Of a stretch of 52,988 nt of DNA, positions 33,242-43,096 are shown in pieces. The notes beneath the pieces are model-generated. The model was not told where the DNA came from and made no database searches. It saw nothing but the letters and a program-made list of their open reading frames with translations. Every line of letters starts with the position of its first letter. Position 1 is the stretch's first letter. Both the position numbers and the translations under genes were made by a program. The DNA is from a virus (taxonomy: Duplodnaviria; Caudoviricetes), in IMG/VR virus record IMGVR_UViG_3300029156_000003, positions 1 through 52,988 of that record; one strand, 5' to 3'.

Positions 33242-33862
33242 ATGATTATGTTTGATTCAAATGTAGATATGAATGGGTCATTAGGTGCAAAATTGATTTC
33301 GCCACCCAAGCCGCCGCTCAAGTGGCGTATCACCAACAAAGCGCGAAACCCTTATCTTTTCGGCTTGCTGTCAAACAAGGTCGCCAAGGGGCTGAGTGCG
33401 ATTACAGGCATCCCAACCTTGACGGCTGAATTGTCAGCACGGTTGGTCAAGGCCGATGGCTCTATGGTTGACTATGGTGTTGTGGGCTACCGCGTGGTGA
33501 CAACCGCGTTTGTCAATGAAATGGTTGACCAGCTACAGGCTGAGGATTCAACCTGGGGCGACTTCAAGTATCACGATTCGGGCGTTGGCACGACTGCCGA
33601 GGCAGTTGGCGACACCGATATGGAAACCACGGACGGTGAAAGCCGCGCCACTGGAACCCAAACCGAAGGCGCAAGCGCGAACATTTACAGAAGCGTTGGT
33701 ACGATCAGTTACACCAGCACCAAGGCAATCACTGAGCACGGCTTATTTAATGCCTCAACATCGGGCGAATTGATGGACAGAACTGTATTCAGTGCCATTA
33801 ATGTGACAAACGGTGACAGTATCCAATTTACCTACGAGTTGACCGTATCAGCAGGTAGCTAA
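33242..33862 (+). CDS. Virion structural protein
   Basis: AITEHGLFNASTSG.L.DR.VF.AINV..GDSIQFT motif of phage fibre/structural family. Confidence 0.7.
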   Translation: MIMFDSNVDMNGSLGAKLISPPKPPLKWRITNKARNPYLFGLLSNKVAKGLSAITGIPTLTAELSARLVKADGSMVDYGVVGYRVVTTAFVNEMVDQLQAEDSTWGDFKYHDSGVGTTAEAVGDTDMETTDGESRATGTQTEGASANIYRSVGTISYTSTKAITEHGLFNASTSGELMDRTVFSAINVTNGDSIQFTYELTVSAGS

Positions 33863-34209
33863 TGGCACTATCAATACATACAATTGATTTGGCAGTCGAA
33901 GGAACACAATCTGTTAGGCGTGGGGTTGGATACGTTTACGCCTTGGACGTATCCAACCGCAAAGCCGGCGGGCTTACCGACAGCGTGACATCGGCAACAA
34001 TCGAGTTGGTATTGCAACGCACCGAAGGGGATGTGTTGAATAGTTTTTTTGCCTCAACCACGACAACCTACAGCGACCAAACAATCACGTTGCCTGAGAT
34101 GACTGTGCCTGCGGGCGCAGAGAAGGGTGAGTACGTGCTAACCGTTGAATATGAGGCAGGTGGCTTTTCGCCAGACAGATTGGCGATTAAGTTCACGGTT
34201 ACGGATTGA
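33862..34209 (+). CDS. Small beta-rich structural protein
   Basis: TAATG coupling; Ig-like alternating pattern. Confidence 0.55.
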   Translation: MALSIHTIDLAVEGTQSVRRGVGYVYALDVSNRKAGGLTDSVTSATIELVLQRTEGDVLNSFFASTTTTYSDQTITLPEMTVPAGAEKGEYVLTVEYEAGGFSPDRLAIKFTVTD

Positions 34210-34255
34210 AATTAAGGTTACACTTCTTGCTTCGTTGTGTAACCATAGAGCGGAA

Positions 34256-34432
34256 ATGAAATACCGAAGCGCAAGACAGCGAGCCATTTGCACCGAGATA
34301 CGCGACTATCCCAAGTCGTGCAAGCATCGCCGACACTACAAACGGCTCGCGCACAAGATCGAACGGCAGAAAGTGAGATTGAGACTGAATGACCGACCAG
34401 CTAACATATTTCGTAAAGATTTCGTAATATGA
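34256..34432 (+). CDS. Small basic hypothetical protein
   Basis: 58 aa K/R-rich; coupled to TerS. Confidence 0.4.
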   Translation: MKYRSARQRAICTEIRDYPKSCKHRRHYKRLAHKIERQKVRLRLNDRPANIFRKDFVI

Positions 34433-34785
34433 CCGTTTTTAAGTGGACACAAAAAAAAGAAGATGCCGTAATGCTCTTGTCCCAAGGGCGTACGCAACAA
34501 GAGACATCAGAGGCCGTGGGTGTCACCTTGCGAACTATCCAAAATTGGGAGTCGGACATTGAGTTTGCGAAAGAGAAAGACCGGCTGAGTTTAATGGTTG
34601 GCATTGCATCACGGGCCGAAAGATTGCGAATTGCGATGAAAGCGGCGCGGCAGATGGTTTCAGATGAAAAGATAACCACGAATAAGGATTTGCTGGACTG
34701 GCTCAAGTTTGCCCAAAGCGAAACAGATGGTATTAAACTCGACCTTACCGCCCTCAGCGAAGCTAAAGCATCTTTGGCCGATTGA
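34429..34785 (+). CDS. terS: Terminase small subunit (HTH)
   Basis: GRTQQETSEAVGVTLRTIQNW HTH; immediately upstream of TerL. Confidence 0.75.
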   Translation: MTVFKWTQKKEDAVMLLSQGRTQQETSEAVGVTLRTIQNWESDIEFAKEKDRLSLMVGIASRAERLRIAMKAARQMVSDEKITTNKDLLDWLKFAQSETDGIKLDLTALSEAKASLAD

Positions 34786-36343
34786 GGACAAAATAGAATA
34801 TGAACGCCATCGTAACACGGCCAACGGCGACAAGCTTCTATGGCAACCCAACCCCGACAATGCCGACATTCCCAACCCGCAACGGTTGGCGGTTGAATCC
34901 GAGGCCGATATTGTGTTTTATGGCGGCGCGGCTGGCAGTGGCAAAACGGATTTGCTGCTAGGGCTTGCCGCAACGGAGCATAAAAGATCGGTTATTTTTC
35001 GGCGCGTGTTTCCCAATCAGCGATCAAACATTGAGCGAAGCCGCGAAATATATGGCAACGATGATGGCTACAATGAATCATTGCATCGCCGAAAATTAGC
35101 CGATAGCGGTATGCTGGAATTCGAGGCTTGCCAGCACGAAAAAGACAAATTCAAGCAACGGGGCAGACCACGTGACTTTTACGGATTCGATGAAGTGACG
35201 GAGTTCACCCGCAGCCAATTCGAGTTTATCATTGGCTGGAATCGCTCAACAAATCCAGACCAGCGATGCCGCGTAGTTTGCACGTTCAACCCGCCGACTG
35301 ATGAAAGCGGCTCTTGGGTATTGGATTACATTAGACCTTGGCTGGCTTATCTGTATCCAGATCACGAAGAATTTATCCACGACAACCCCGCCGCACCGGG
35401 GGAATTGCGATGGTTTACGACCATTAACGGAGTTGAGATTGAGTGCAAGAGCGGCGAGCCATTTGAGCAAGATGGCGAGGAATATACGCCACGAAGCCGC
35501 ACGTTTATACCTGGCAGGCTTGCCGACAATCCGCATTTGTCCAAGACCGGCTATGCTTCTGTGTTACAGGCGCTGCCAGAGCCATTACGGTCACAAATGC
35601 TTTACGGTGATTTTACCGCAACGGCAAAGCCAAACCCGTGGCAAGTGATACCAACGGCGTGGGTCAAGGCGGCGCAACGCCGATGGCTGGAGGCCGAAAA
35701 GCCCGCAATGGCATTGAGCGCCGTGGGCATTGATGCCACCAGAGGCGGCGATGATGAAGCACCAATCGCCAAACGATACGGACATTGGATAGATGAGCTA
35801 TTCATCATCGAAAATGCAGACACCGAAGATGGGCCAAGCTTCGCGGGGGCTGTGTACAACCATCTTGGCAATGAGCAACCGGGATACATCAACATTGATG
35901 TCATTGGCGTTGGCACGTCACCGTATGACAGCCTGAAAACAATGTATACCACCATTCCTGTCAACGCCTCCGAACGCTCTGAGTACGTTGACACCAAAAG
36001 CAAAAAGCTAAAGATGCGAAACAAGCGGGCTGAGTACCATTGGCGAATGCGCGAGGCGCTCGACCCAGAAACCGGCGACAATCTCGCATTGCCAAGCGAC
36101 ACGATGTTGCTGGTTGACCTATGTGCGCCACGCTACGAATACACAGCCAGCGGCGTGCAGATCGAATCTAAAGACGACATCAAAGCCCGAATAAACAGAA
36201 GTCCAGACCGAGGCGAAGCGGTGATGTTGGCTTGTCTGCCAGCCTCGACAATCCCGCCCGCCGCTGGCGAAACCATCGACACCGATATTGACATATACAA
36301 ATCAGAGCGTAGCAGCTCAAGGGGCCGACTATGGCAACGTTAA
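34709..36343 (+). CDS. terL: Terminase large subunit
   Basis: YGGAAGSGKT Walker A, GFDEVTE Walker B, FNPP, DNPHL, GIDATRGGDD nuclease, SPDRGEA; start may be 34727. Confidence 0.95.
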   Translation: MPKAKQMVLNSTLPPSAKLKHLWPIEDKIEYERHRNTANGDKLLWQPNPDNADIPNPQRLAVESEADIVFYGGAAGSGKTDLLLGLAATEHKRSVIFRRVFPNQRSNIERSREIYGNDDGYNESLHRRKLADSGMLEFEACQHEKDKFKQRGRPRDFYGFDEVTEFTRSQFEFIIGWNRSTNPDQRCRVVCTFNPPTDESGSWVLDYIRPWLAYLYPDHEEFIHDNPAAPGELRWFTTINGVEIECKSGEPFEQDGEEYTPRSRTFIPGRLADNPHLSKTGYASVLQALPEPLRSQMLYGDFTATAKPNPWQVIPTAWVKAAQRRWLEAEKPAMALSAVGIDATRGGDDEAPIAKRYGHWIDELFIIENADTEDGPSFAGAVYNHLGNEQPGYINIDVIGVGTSPYDSLKTMYTTIPVNASERSEYVDTKSKKLKMRNKRAEYHWRMREALDPETGDNLALPSDTMLLVDLCAPRYEYTASGVQIESKDDIKARINRSPDRGEAVMLACLPASTIPPAAGETIDTDIDIYKSERSSSRGRLWQR

Positions 36344-37887
36344 ACTTAAACTCCATTTGGAAACGAACGCTGGAGGCGGCGAACCTGATGACCACAGCCG
36401 ACGCAAGCGCAATGGCTGACCGCGTTTACGAGGCGGCAAGCTCCGATTTTAGAAGTCTCGAAGATGAGCCACCATTGGGCGACGTTGCCACTTTTGGCTA
36501 CAAGCGCGTCACAACCAAGGGCTTGCGCGACTTCACGAAGATGAGCCGTGATGACATCATCAATACAGCGTGGGCCTTGTATCAATCGAATGGCGTTGCA
36601 AAGCGGGCGTTGACATTGAAGCGCGATTACATCTTAGGTCGCAATTGCGCCATCACCACGGCTGATGAAGATTTGCGCCCAATCTATGACACCTTTTGCG
36701 ACATCAACCGGCTTGATTATTGGCTACCCAAATTTACACTAGATTTATTCTTGTTTGGCGAGTTATGTTTGCCCGCGTTTGTCAGGCAAGCCGATGGGCA
36801 AACGCGGCTTGGCTATCTCGACCCAAGCGAGATCGAAGCGGTATTGTGCCATCCTCACAACGTACTTGCGCCGTGGATTGTCATTTGTAAATTACGGCAA
36901 GATGACCGCGCGCCAAGAGTGTATCGCATCATCCAGGTTGACCAAGACTTCGTTCGTGGCAATCGGGTGATGACGGCACGGCAACCGGGCTTAATGGTCA
37001 CAGACACGCAAGCCAACATTCAGCCGTGGGAATTGGCATTCCTCAACGCCAATAAGCTCAACGCCTACACCGGCTCGGCGTTTTACTTCTCGGTGAATAA
37101 TGTCACCAATCAGCCACGCGGCTTTAGCGATCTATTGCAATCGGCTGATATGCTCGACCTGTACGACGAAACACTATTCGCCTTGGGTGAGCGCGAAGGA
37201 TTAGCCGGTTATTTTTCGTGGGATGTGACGCTGACCGAGCAAGACGAAGGCAAAGTCAAAGCGCGGGCGGCTGAGATTCGCAAAGCACCGCCAACCAAAA
37301 AGGGCGCGATCAATGTGCATAACGATTCTGAGACGTGGGAGTTTAACTATCCAGACCTTAAAGCGCCGCAGACCATCGCCACCGCAGAGGCGCTAAAATC
37401 GCAAGCAGCCAACGGCTTAGGGCAACCCGCCCACTGGCACAATCTGGATAACACCGCAACTCGCACCACAGCCGAAAGCCAGAATAATCCAACCTGGAAA
37501 ACCTTAGAACACGACCAGGCCGAGATCAGACAAGCGATAGAACACATATTCTGTTTCGTGCGCGACCAGGCCCAAATCGCGGGCGTGTATACGCCATCTG
37601 AGGCTATTGACAATATGCCGATCATCGGCTTACCAGAGATTGCCGAGCGTGACACCAGTCAAGCCAGCCAAACATTAGCCGCCGCGGTGCAAGCCTTGAC
37701 CGTGGCCCAAATTGACCTTGGCGTGATTACCCGCGATACCACGGCTAAGGTAATCGCCCGATTGATCGGCGAGCTTGGCGTGGAGATTGATGCAATGGCA
37801 GAGCTTGAGGCGATTGGCGAGATAACACTCGATGAAGATGAACAAACCATCGAGGCGGTAACAAGGTATTTGAATGGCACTCATTGA
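36331..37887 (+). CDS. Portal protein
   Basis: 518 aa directly after TerL; LFGEL..P, RGFSDL motifs. Confidence 0.85.
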   Translation: MATLNLNSIWKRTLEAANLMTTADASAMADRVYEAASSDFRSLEDEPPLGDVATFGYKRVTTKGLRDFTKMSRDDIINTAWALYQSNGVAKRALTLKRDYILGRNCAITTADEDLRPIYDTFCDINRLDYWLPKFTLDLFLFGELCLPAFVRQADGQTRLGYLDPSEIEAVLCHPHNVLAPWIVICKLRQDDRAPRVYRIIQVDQDFVRGNRVMTARQPGLMVTDTQANIQPWELAFLNANKLNAYTGSAFYFSVNNVTNQPRGFSDLLQSADMLDLYDETLFALGEREGLAGYFSWDVTLTEQDEGKVKARAAEIRKAPPTKKGAINVHNDSETWEFNYPDLKAPQTIATAEALKSQAANGLGQPAHWHNLDNTATRTTAESQNNPTWKTLEHDQAEIRQAIEHIFCFVRDQAQIAGVYTPSEAIDNMPIIGLPEIAERDTSQASQTLAAAVQALTVAQIDLGVITRDTTAKVIARLIGELGVEIDAMAELEAIGEITLDEDEQTIEAVTRYLNGTH

Positions 37888-38683
37888 CGATTTTGAGGAT
37901 GCAACCAACCAAATAGACCGCGAGTTTGCCAGCTTGGAAAGGCGTGCTTTGTCTGAGGCGCTATCATTGACACGTGGCTATGTGCGCGAGGTGCGTGGCG
38001 TATTGGCTGAGACTGATTTGCAAACGATCATCGGCAATCGGCAAAGCCGCAACGCCATTCTCCGCCTCACCAATGACTACCGCTTGCAGATGACCGATCT
38101 TATCAGGCGGCTCTTTGGCGATATGTTTAATCTTGGCTTGGATAGTGTGCGAAAGCCGCTTGCCGCCATTGGCGAGACATTCGCGGCCAGTGTTGACGAT
38201 GGTTTATTGTCAGGTGCGATTGGCTCGGCTGAGTTGATCGGCCAATCGGTTGCCAGTGGATTACAGCGTGGCATCAATGCCAATATTCGGCTTGGCGCAT
38301 TGGGCGATTTGTCAGTGTCAAAGCTGATGGGGCGCATCCGAAAATCAGTGGCAACGCAGCTTGTCAGCATTCGCCGCACGCTCAGAACTGAGACAACCCG
38401 CATCTTTAACCTGGCGCATAATGCTTTGGCGAACGTGGCAAACAAGGCGATCAAGCCGACGCTACTCAAGCAATGGTTGACCGTGGGTGATAGCCGTGTT
38501 AGGCCATCGCATCGGGCGGCGGGTCGTGCCAGACCGATACCCGTTAGCCAACTGTTTGCCGTGGGCGCTGATCGGCTTCGCTACCCTGGCGACCCACGCG
38601 GTTCGGCTGGTGAAACGATTAATTGCAGATGTCGGATGCGGGTATTGCATCCAAAGGTGATAGATGAGAAACAGACTGCATAA
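37874..38683 (+). CDS. Minor head protein (Mu gpF / SPP1 gp7-like)
   Basis: RTETTR, KQWLTVGDSRVRPSH, YPGDP..ETINCRC. Confidence 0.9.
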   Translation: MALIDDFEDATNQIDREFASLERRALSEALSLTRGYVREVRGVLAETDLQTIIGNRQSRNAILRLTNDYRLQMTDLIRRLFGDMFNLGLDSVRKPLAAIGETFAASVDDGLLSGAIGSAELIGQSVASGLQRGINANIRLGALGDLSVSKLMGRIRKSVATQLVSIRRTLRTETTRIFNLAHNALANVANKAIKPTLLKQWLTVGDSRVRPSHRAAGRARPIPVSQLFAVGADRLRYPGDPRGSAGETINCRCRMRVLHPKVIDEKQTA

Positions 38684-38870
38684 TAATGGAAGAAGCCCCT
38701 TGCAGCCACGCGTCACAGAAAGCCATTTCGTTGACGTTCGCAACCCGTACACGGATAAGCTGATTTTTCGCTATGACCCGGTGCGAAATGTGGTGCAACA
38801 TCAAGAGCGCGGCAAGGCGATCATCATTGATCTTAATGCGTATAATGTTGACATAGAACAAACGTTTTGA
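38664..38870 (+). CDS. Small protein, possible Cys-less Com-like regulator
   Basis: DVRNPYTDKLIFRYD..VVQ..RG..IIIDL parallels Com IRC..C.KLL pattern. Confidence 0.4.
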   Translation: MRNRLHNNGRSPLQPRVTESHFVDVRNPYTDKLIFRYDPVRNVVQHQERGKAIIIDLNAYNVDIEQTF

Positions 38871-38876
38871 TACAAT
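38848..38876 (+). promoter_or_regulatory. Capsid-operon promoter with SOS-box-like site in spacer
   Basis: TTGACA-17-TACAAT; GAACAAACGTTT at 38856-38867. Confidence 0.75.
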
Positions 38877-38898
38877 TACTTTAATTCTATAAGTAAAA

Positions 38899-38958
38899 GA
38901 GCGACCAGAGCGCCATTTCACGAACGCATCAAGCGTCAGAAATGGCGCTTTTTTTTAT
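38899..38958 (+). promoter_or_regulatory. Leader terminator/attenuator with overlapping direct repeat
   Basis: AGAGCGACC-AGAGCGCC repeat overlaps stem AGCGCCATTTC/GAAATGGCGCT plus T8. Confidence 0.65.
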
Positions 38959-38969
38959 TGGTTCAATTT

Positions 38970-41273
38970 ATGGCAAAACGAAAACGACAACGCATAACCG
39001 AAAGTCAAACGGCAACCGTCGATAACATTTATTTTGAAGCCGCAATCACGCCAACCAGCGAAGCCGACAATCTAACGGGGCGCGAGTGGGATGTGACCAT
39101 TATCGGTGGCCTTGATAAGGCTGTCACCGTCGAAGGCGAGGAGTTTATTCGCTCCGACAACGGGCGGCTCTATTCCGTTGAGGCCATCGTGGGCAGTGTG
39201 GCGCAATGGGAAGGCGTGAAGGTGTACGACAATCACCAGACCGAGGCCGAGTTTAACCAGTCTGGTGGGATGCGATCTGTTGAAAATGAGTGGCTTGGCT
39301 CAATTGTGGGCGTGGCCTGGGAAGCGGCCAGCAAGAGTCTTGTCGGTACGCTCAAGGTAGTTAAAGACAGCTTAGCCGCAATGCTCAAAAACGCACACGA
39401 TCAAGGCATTCTGGAAACCATCGGCTTATCCATCACCGCATTTCCTGACTCAACCCGTGAGGCGATGTTAGAAAACACGCGGATGAAAATTATAGATGGC
39501 TTCCACGATATTTTGAGCGTTGATCTTGTAGGTAATCCAGCGGCGGGCGGGAAGTTTAACCGCATTATCGCCGCTAAAAATAATTCAGAAAGTCCAAATG
39601 AGGTGACAAATATTATGGACAAGAACGAACTGGCTGAGTTACTCAGCCAATCAATTGGAGCGGCATTAGAGCCGGTTGTCTCTCGACTGGACAATCTGGA
39701 GGCCGCGAAAGTTGAGGAGTCCGAAACATCGGATGAATCAGCCGAGCAAGAAACAGTCGAAACACCGGAAACCCCACAGGCCGAAAGCGACCAACCCGAA
39801 GCCGATGTGGTTCCCGATGCAGTAACAGAGGCATTGCAAGCACTTGAGCTTGGCAAAACCGAGTTGATTTTAGAGCAAAAATTATCAGCCTCGAAACTGC
39901 CTGAGAAGTTCCAAGCCGTTGTCCGTCAAGCGGTATCGGGTCGTGTGGTTGAAGCCTCAGCCATTGACGCGATGATTAAAGCGCAGAAAGACGCGCAAGC
40001 CAGCGAAGATACCACCGGGCGCGTAACTGAGAACGGGCGCACCAACATCGAACCAATCATTGACGAGCAAGACAAAAAAGCCGCAATGCTGATGGCGAAG
40101 CTGATGGGCCGCGAAAAGTTCGCAGGTCTTGAAACTGAATCAGACCGATTGGTGTCAAGTCGCGTTTCTGAGTCAGCCGCTTATAAATCGTGGTTGAACA
40201 GTGGAAAAACCAGCATTGAGTATGGTGGTCGCGTTTCTGAATTGCTCCGAACTGGCTTCTTGAATGGTCAGTGGGGACTTGATGAACTGCCCTACACTGA
40301 GGCTTTGAACCTTGCAACGGTCATCAAAAACACGGTCAACATTATGATCGCCGTCGATTACGCTGGTTCCAATCGTTGGTATGAGGGCTTGGTTGACATC
40401 ATCGAATCAGACAACCCGATTGATGATCTGACCTTGGCCCGCTTGTTTGGTGCTGATGGGCTTGACGTTGTAGCCAAAGGCGCGCCCTATACCGAAATGC
40501 AATTGCAAGACGAGGAAGAAACGGCAGCACACGTCAAACAGGGCAATTATGTAGCGGTGAATCTTGAGGACTTAATGGCCGACAAGATTGACTATTTCCG
40601 TTCAATGCCTACCCGACTGGCCGACGCTTGGTACAACACTCTGAGCGCCAAAGTTGCAGCCGTTTTTACCACCAACACAGCCGCAGGCCCGGTACTTTCT
40701 GACACTGGCGCATTGTTCAACAGCACCGCTGTCACAACTGCCGGTGGACACGCCAACCTGCTAACCACGGCCTTGAGCTGGACAGCCTACGACACCGTTG
40801 TCACCGCAATGTATAACCAGACAGCCCGCACGCTAGGTACTGGTCGAAAATTGGTTGATATGGGCGGCTTTACCATCCTAGTCCCCAACGACTTACGCGC
40901 AACCGCTAACAAGATTCGCAACAGCGTTTTGCAACCAGAATCAGACTTTGCTGGAACTGCCGGCAATCAGTCATCTAACCAGTATGGGCCTGATGGCGAT
41001 CAACCACAAGTCGTTATCGTGCCTGATTGGACAGACGCAAACGACTGGGCAGTATTAGCCCGTTATCGTGGCGCAAGCCCGATCAAACTGGCCTTTCCAA
41101 CCGGGATGATGACACCCCAGGTCGTTGTTGCTAACAATGAAGCCGCTGGCACGTTGTTCACCAATGACACCATCCGCTACAAATTACGGATGATGACCTA
41201 CCGGTTCAGCGCAACTTATGACACCGCACCTGTTGCCGATTGGCGATTACTGCACAAATCTAACGTATCTTAA
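38970..41273 (+). CDS. Prohead protease-scaffold-major capsid protein fusion
   Basis: YDNH, IGLSI, SVDLVGNPAAGG protease motifs; acidic linker; Mu gpT-like capsid (LFNS..HANL, ILVP.DL, VPDWTDANDW). Confidence 0.9.
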   Translation: MAKRKRQRITESQTATVDNIYFEAAITPTSEADNLTGREWDVTIIGGLDKAVTVEGEEFIRSDNGRLYSVEAIVGSVAQWEGVKVYDNHQTEAEFNQSGGMRSVENEWLGSIVGVAWEAASKSLVGTLKVVKDSLAAMLKNAHDQGILETIGLSITAFPDSTREAMLENTRMKIIDGFHDILSVDLVGNPAAGGKFNRIIAAKNNSESPNEVTNIMDKNELAELLSQSIGAALEPVVSRLDNLEAAKVEESETSDESAEQETVETPETPQAESDQPEADVVPDAVTEALQALELGKTELILEQKLSASKLPEKFQAVVRQAVSGRVVEASAIDAMIKAQKDAQASEDTTGRVTENGRTNIEPIIDEQDKKAAMLMAKLMGREKFAGLETESDRLVSSRVSESAAYKSWLNSGKTSIEYGGRVSELLRTGFLNGQWGLDELPYTEALNLATVIKNTVNIMIAVDYAGSNRWYEGLVDIIESDNPIDDLTLARLFGADGLDVVAKGAPYTEMQLQDEEETAAHVKQGNYVAVNLEDLMADKIDYFRSMPTRLADAWYNTLSAKVAAVFTTNTAAGPVLSDTGALFNSTAVTTAGGHANLLTTALSWTAYDTVVTAMYNQTARTLGTGRKLVDMGGFTILVPNDLRATANKIRNSVLQPESDFAGTAGNQSSNQYGPDGDQPQVVIVPDWTDANDWAVLARYRGASPIKLAFPTGMMTPQVVVANNEAAGTLFTNDTIRYKLRMMTYRFSATYDTAPVADWRLLHKSNVS

Positions 41274-41291
41274 GCGCAACTAAAAACCTCA

Positions 41292-41316
41292 TAGGCGGCT
41301 GATATTCAGCCGCCTA
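41292..41316 (+). other. Stem-loop downstream of capsid gene
   Basis: TAGGCGGCTGA-tat-TCAGCCGCCTA, no U tract. Confidence 0.6.
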
Positions 41317-41332
41317 GTACGGAGATAAAACA

Positions 41333-41692
41333 ATGAGTGAAAGATTAGTACATTGGAGCATTACCCTGACAGACCCGCTCGACGCTGGCGTATTGGGTGC
41401 GTTGGTTTACTATGCAACTATCCCAATGTCAATGACAATTGTAGCCGTATCAGCCGCACCGAGCGCAGACGATGCAGGACTTACCATCGACATTAATGTC
41501 GATGGGACTGCCGCTATTGCAGCCCTGGCCGCAGCAGATCAAAACGTTGCTGGCACTTGGACTTCTACCCATTTCGGTGGGGCAAATGAGCCTGTCCACA
41601 TTGCAGCCGACAGCGTTATCAGTATCGACGTAAACAGCGCCGCCGCTGCAACTGCTGTCTACCTTAACATCTGGTATCTGGCTGGTGAATAA
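41333..41692 (+). CDS. Putative head decoration protein
   Basis: Small beta-rich protein right after MCP. Confidence 0.55.
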   Translation: MSERLVHWSITLTDPLDAGVLGALVYYATIPMSMTIVAVSAAPSADDAGLTIDINVDGTAAIAALAAADQNVAGTWTSTHFGGANEPVHIAADSVISIDVNSAAAATAVYLNIWYLAGE

Positions 41693-41913
41693 TGATTGAC
41701 CAAATCTGCCAACATTTTGACATCAACGCAGCGCAGATTTTATCGCACCGTGAAACCGATGATAGCGTGATCGTGGTCATTGATTACGGCATTGCTGGCG
41801 GCAAAAAGCACACAGTTGCCAAGGCTGATCTCAAGCCAAAGGCCGAACCGAAACCCGCCGCAAGCAAGAAAGCACCATCGCGCAAACGGGCCAGCAAAAA
41901 GGCGGCTGAATAA
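41692..41913 (+). CDS. Small protein with K/A/P-rich tail
   Basis: TAATG coupling. Confidence 0.6.
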   Translation: MIDQICQHFDINAAQILSHRETDDSVIVVIDYGIAGGKKHTVAKADLKPKAEPKPAASKKAPSRKRASKKAAE

Positions 41914-42191
41914 TGGTTTATCCAGTAGGACATACCGCTGTTTCAGCAAGTGGCGTAATTAAAGCCTCTGGTGGCAGTTTGACCTCGATCATTATTACTG
42001 GCGGGGCTGATGCCGCAAGCGTGACCTTGCACGACAATGCCAGCGCAGGTAGCGGCGTTGTAATGTGCGTGGTCAAGGCCGCAATCAACACGACAACCGT
42101 TGTCAACCTGGCGCATCCAATGGCCTTTAGCAATGGTCTTTACGCGACGGTTACAGGCACGACACCAGATGTATCGGTTGGATATTTCTAG
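41913..42191 (+). CDS. Small virion structural protein
   Basis: VTLHDNASAGSG..FSNGLYA pattern. Confidence 0.6.
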   Translation: MVYPVGHTAVSASGVIKASGGSLTSIIITGGADAASVTLHDNASAGSGVVMCVVKAAINTTTVVNLAHPMAFSNGLYATVTGTTPDVSVGYF

Positions 42192-42193
42192 CA

Positions 42194-43096
42194 ATGACCA
42201 TCAGCCTGTCAACCTTTGCGGCGCAACTGCTCAATATGGTTCCCGAAGCGGATACCGAACTCAAAGCCATAGTCCGAAACCAGCATATCAAACAAGCGGT
42301 ATCGGACTATGGCAGAGATAAGCCGCTGATTAATACCACCGACATCACCGGCGATGGGGGCAAGTATTACAGCCTCGCCGCCGTGACCACGTGGGCCGAA
42401 ACATTCAGCCAAGTTCAATCAGTGCAGTATCCAGCGCCAACCATTGCCAGCGACGAAACGCCGATCTATCTGGACAGCTCGGACTATGACCAAGCGTATC
42501 TTTCGGGCGGCGTGCGCTATTTATGGCTTCCAAGCCACGCGCCGAGTGCGGCTGAAACCATCCGCATCACATTTACCAGCCTCTACGCGTGGTCAGCGGG
42601 TAGCACAACCACCTCAGTTATTCAGGTCGCGCACGGCTTTAGCCTCAACGATTACATCTATCAAGACGACGACGAAATCTGGATAGCGGCGGGCGCGGGC
42701 AGTGGCGATCTACTCGCAACGCACCAAGCCACAACCATCACCGATTCTGACAACTTTGTTGCCACCGAGTTAGCCGTTGACGTTCCCGTGGTGGACTTTT
42801 TTGCCGTCTGTAACAAAGCGGCGTGCTTGGCCTGCCAATCGCTGGCCGAGCGGTTCAGCCGATCATCGGATAGCCTCATTCGCGCCGATAGCGTCAATCA
42901 TATTTCCAAGGCTGGTGAGTTCTCGGAGCGGGCCAAAGAATTCTGCAAACTGTACGACGATCACATCAAGGCCACCGGCGGCGATAGCTCTGGCGATAGT
43001 ACCAGCGATGGACACGCCGAATTTGTCGATTTGGATGTGTCGCCAATGTACCCAAGCGGACGCAGGTTCCTGCATCACAACCGAGATAGCCGCTAA
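42194..43096 (+). CDS. Head-tail adaptor/connector protein
   Basis: Position; C-terminal AA.LAC..LA..F....DS.I.ADSV.H..K. Confidence 0.6.
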   Translation: MTISLSTFAAQLLNMVPEADTELKAIVRNQHIKQAVSDYGRDKPLINTTDITGDGGKYYSLAAVTTWAETFSQVQSVQYPAPTIASDETPIYLDSSDYDQAYLSGGVRYLWLPSHAPSAAETIRITFTSLYAWSAGSTTTSVIQVAHGFSLNDYIYQDDDEIWIAAGAGSGDLLATHQATTITDSDNFVATELAVDVPVVDFFAVCNKAACLACQSLAERFSRSSDSLIRADSVNHISKAGEFSERAKEFCKLYDDHIKATGGDSSGDSTSDGHAEFVDLDVSPMYPSGRRFLHHNRDSR

